DNA of 63,836 bases, counting the filler, from Rhizaria sp. SCN 62-66 (taxonomy: Eukaryota), in NCBI GenBank assembly GCA_001724265.1. It is 5 parts of 5 records of this genome, joined end to end, with 100 filler letters (N's around TTAATTAATTAA, not from the genome) between each part and the next. Parts side by side here need not be neighbours in the genome. Positions count along the whole stretch, not along the records: positions 53,379 to 63,836 come from MEDY01000556.1; 4 more parts are not named here. The stretch is one strand, 5' to 3'. How positions within the stretch are numbered: the stretch's first letter is position 1; each line of letters starts with the position of its first letter. Positions 60,401-63,836 of this stretch are shown in pieces. The notes under the pieces were generated by a model, which was not told the DNA's origin, did not search any database, and saw nothing but the letters and a program-made list of their open reading frames with translations. The position numbers and the translations under genes were made by a program.

Positions 60401-63400
60401 GACACCAACAGTCACAGGCTCATCACGTCAGAATTATCTTGTGCGCGTGTTTTTCTTCAAACGTATTTCAACTGCAAAGGTTACTTACACGTATAGTGCC
60501 TCATCTGGAATGACCTCGAGCTCAACAGCCTATGTGGGCACGTGCTCTAATTTTGCTCAAGGCAGTATTACCTGCGTCCCATCGATATCACCAGCGATGT
60601 ATTTCTCTTTCTACACAGGCTTATTCACAGTTCCCTATGAAAAGGCGTCGTTCTTGGCTTCTGAGTTGAGCTTCAGTCTTGCCATCACATATGAAGCAAC
60701 TGGATCGGATTCCGCAACCGTGTCCGCGTTTACTGGCTCCCCACTTGGCGCTCCTCTAACCTATAATCCGCCATTCCAGTTCACAACGGTGCTCACCGAA
60801 ATCGCATGGGCAAGTACCGACTTGACTGCTAAAATCCACTTGTACCTGTTTCCACACACAGGTGAACTCAGCACGTACAACTTTGTTCTGCAGAGCAATT
60901 GCGGTGTCTTTAGTACTGGCAAACCTGTTGCACTAATCAATAGCCTGACTACAAATGCCACGTGTGTGAACCGCTACAGCGGTGGTTTTGATCAATTGTC
61001 GATGCCCGCAGCGTGCATGCCACCACAACCCAAGTTTATTGGTTTCCAAATCGAGGCGGCATACTTTATGAAAGCAGTTCAGAAGACGGCATACGCAGCA
61101 GGCCGTGTTTTCGCATCATGCTTTACACTTGTTGATGACGCAACTTCGACTGCACTGACGACGCTGGACGATGTTGACATTGGACATGTACCGCCGCCGA
61201 ACGCGTTTATGTACGATGTCCTGCTTGCGCGCAACTCAACAGCCTTAGTGCAGCGCGCACGAGCTGACATCCGCATTGTGCTGATGGTGCCAATTCCCGC
61301 CACTTCAGTCAAGATTTTGGTGACAGTTTCCAACTCCACGGCATCTGAAAACTGTCCCGCCGGGCTCACAGTTACTGCGACGACATTCTACGCTCTTGGT
61401 TCCAGCTGTACTCGAACCTCAGCTACTGGCTCCGAGCTTGTCGCCACATGCACTGGTGGACATTGGGGCAACAAAGACGTTTTTGCGTTTGGATTTGATT
61501 TCATTAACTTTCCATCAACCGTTAACAACATTGAAGAGACGCCCTACTTGGGTCCCGGCTGCATCACAGTCAAGATGACCTACGACTTGATGACATTGAC
61601 CGGCCTTCCCGCAACGCCCGTGTGGTCGCGCCCGCTTTTAAGTGCTGAGCTTGACCGAACTCAGATCACGGATGCAATTCAAAGCACGAGTTATCATCTC
61701 AGCATTGACCTAGGTGACGAAAATTTTGTTTCCACGGGTAATGACTTTTCCTTCTTTGCATTGTTACGCAGCTTTAGCGGCCTCACATTTACCACCCACA
61801 CGGGCTTTGTAGCGACGAATAAGATTGACTGGAACGTACAGTCTCCAGTTTCTGGCGCGGTCGAGTTTGGTCCGAACGCGCCCGCCACGGCAGCTGGTGT
61901 GTGTCAACGCACCGCGCCTTGCACCGTGCGCATCCCCGTCACAGCTACGTTTGCCGGAACAGTCCCGCTGTTTGCCTCGGTAAATGTGTACGTCAAGGAG
62001 ACCTCGACAGGCCTGACGCGGCCCTATGCCACGGCCCCCGTGCGCATGCCTGCAGGTCTTATCAGGCAGCAATTAACACCACCCACAATGCCATTCCGCG
62101 CAACCGCATTCAAGGTGACTGCTACTGCCGCATCGCCACTACTGCGCACTTTCACAATCACTCTGCGCGACAGCACAGCACTCAACACCGCAGCGCTCCA
62201 GTACTGGGGCGTACAACTGCCGCTAGCTGGATTCGCCTATAGCCCTGCGACGTATACCGTTAAGGTAGGTTCTGATAGTGCGTCAACTGCGGTCTCTGTG
62301 CCCACCGACGGCGAAATCACGATTCCTTATATCAGCACTATGGTTAACGTTAACGTTGTCTTGACGGTGAGCGGCGTGACGCTAACGCTGGCGGAGACAC
62401 CTGAAATTGTTACAGTTGCGCTTGAGCACTACTCAATGCGCAACACGCTCGCAGCAAACAGCACGCAGTCAGATCGCGCCGTTTCTTTTGGATATAGCGC
62501 ACTGAAGCAAGATACGCGCTCTACGTACACTGTCTCGAGTAACGCGTTTGCCGCAGGTCTTCGGCCTGTGTACGCGACTGCAGACTGTACCATGAATCTT
62601 TCGCAGACGCGCTATCAGATGAAGTGCACTGTGGCGTGGACTGGTCTTGTTGATATTACGCCCAGTATGACCCTCGCGCTCGTGACGCGCGCCGCCTCGC
62701 CGCACACCACACCCACCGGCGTGCGGCTTGAGAGCGCGACGCGCACAAAGCCCACGCCCATTTCTTCCGCGTGTACACCAGCGACTGTAGGTGCCGCTAT
62801 TGCACTGACCAACTGCCTCGCCAACGGCTACTCTTCACTGACACTGGAGGTGCTAATCTCCGCAGTGAACTTTGTTGTTGAACAGCAACTCGAGATCGAG
62901 TTGCGTTCTGGCACTGCACGTCGTGCGGTTGCTCTAGTGCGTCCGCCGTTGGGTGTGATTGCGCTTACTGGAGACAACCCGGTGTTTACTGCCGCGTCTT
63001 CGACTTCGCACAACGGACTCCTTGTCATGAAGCCTGTGCTGTCGTACTATGCTAGCACGATTTCGAGTGCGCTCTTTGCTGAGATTGAGATTCTCGGCGG
63101 TCAGTTCGGGACGCGTTTCATTGCTAACGCAAGCACGGGGACCACAGCCGTCACATTCAACAGTTGTGCTGTTGAGTGTTCTCTTACAAACGTTATTTTC
63201 CCCAACATTTCGATTTCTTTGCTTTGTTCAATCTCGAGCTGCAGTTTGCCTGCCTCTGGCGAGCTCACTGTTTCCATCAAGAGCGGATTTGTGCCTGGCG
63301 CGGCTTCGGAGGAGCGCGCTGTTCTGCGGTTGTCCATTGCAGCGACCGTGGTCGGCCCCGGTGACCGGCGCGTTCTCTACCACGGGCTCTTCAATGCTCC

Positions 63401-63836
63401 ACGTGGCACTCTGACGGGAGGCGATAGCTCTATCGGCACTAACGCCGTCACAGCTGGTGCAGTCGCGCGCACTGCGGTGCACACGATGTCACCTGCGACT
63501 GCGCTTTGTAACGGCGGTGACATTATCCTTGACGATGGAGAGTACTTCCGCCTCACGCCGCCTTTATCTGCCCGCACCAACATGGCTTGGGAAGCACTGG
63601 CCGCCGCGGAATACTCTTGGCGTTCGCCGGACATTGCCGCGAGTGGTACCACTACGGTGGCTCTAACCGCCATAGTCTCGAGCAAGCAGCGCTGGATCAT
63701 CCTGCGACCACAGACTGAGGGCCGTGCGTATTGCTTCGGCGCGCGTCAACCGAATCTAATTGCCACTTTACCCATCGTCATCCCCGTGATGGCGTCGGAG
63801 AGTTTCACCGTAGAAATTCTCTCTCGAGGCGGACTC
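54402..63836 (+). CDS. Giant secreted Ser/Thr-rich protein with a ~720-aa tandem duplication, 3'-partial; join(54402..55107,55627..>63836); 5' structure uncertain
   Basis: The frame from 55627 stays open to the window end (~2,736 codons, so it is not in the ORF track). Phase-1 intron GTACGT...AATAG at 55108-55626. Upstream signal peptide MILRGCLAILHFLVAVCILDILHPSLVVA. Two in-frame TAGs in exon 1. Confidence 0.85.

Noticed and set aside
53379-63836. Lower-GC contig as contaminant or recent HGT
   Set aside because: It has the same GTACGT intron donor and shares a repeat with another contig, so codon relaxation is the simpler explanation.
1-63836. tRNA, rRNA or snRNA genes
   Set aside because: None recognisable by eye. 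Covariance-model searches were not possible.

Overview
Eukaryotic (protist-like) genomic DNA made of five contigs joined by artificial 100-nt N/TTAATTAATTAA/N spacers, so adjacency across the gaps is not biological. Exons are GC-rich, introns are AT-rich and 13 of 14 donors read GTACG. Host genes: a ubiquitin-like protein, a GDA1/CD39 apyrase, a prominin-like 5-TM protein, an orphan 4-TM protein, a Cys-repeat multi-TM receptor-like gene with a frameshift, eIF4E, SEC14-GOLD, a PARN-like nuclease, SPEF2/CPC1, a half-size ABCA transporter and two giant secreted proteins. One of the giant proteins is missing from the ORF track. Contig 27421-40338 is a graveyard of decayed elements: a Polinton/Maverick-type PolB relic, a copia integrase relic and repeats. 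Main leads: (1) ABCA fused through an extra TM to a pectinacetylesterase/Notum-like domain lacking its catalytic Ser; (2) in-frame TAG codons near the start of two genes while no gene ends in TAG, a possible but unproven UAG reassignment; (3) a YAG acceptor 0-12 nt before almost every ATG, in strictly head-to-head gene pairs, suggesting spliced-leader trans-splicing; (4) a >2,900-aa surface protein with a ~720-aa tandem duplication. All homology calls are by-eye motif recognition, not database searches.
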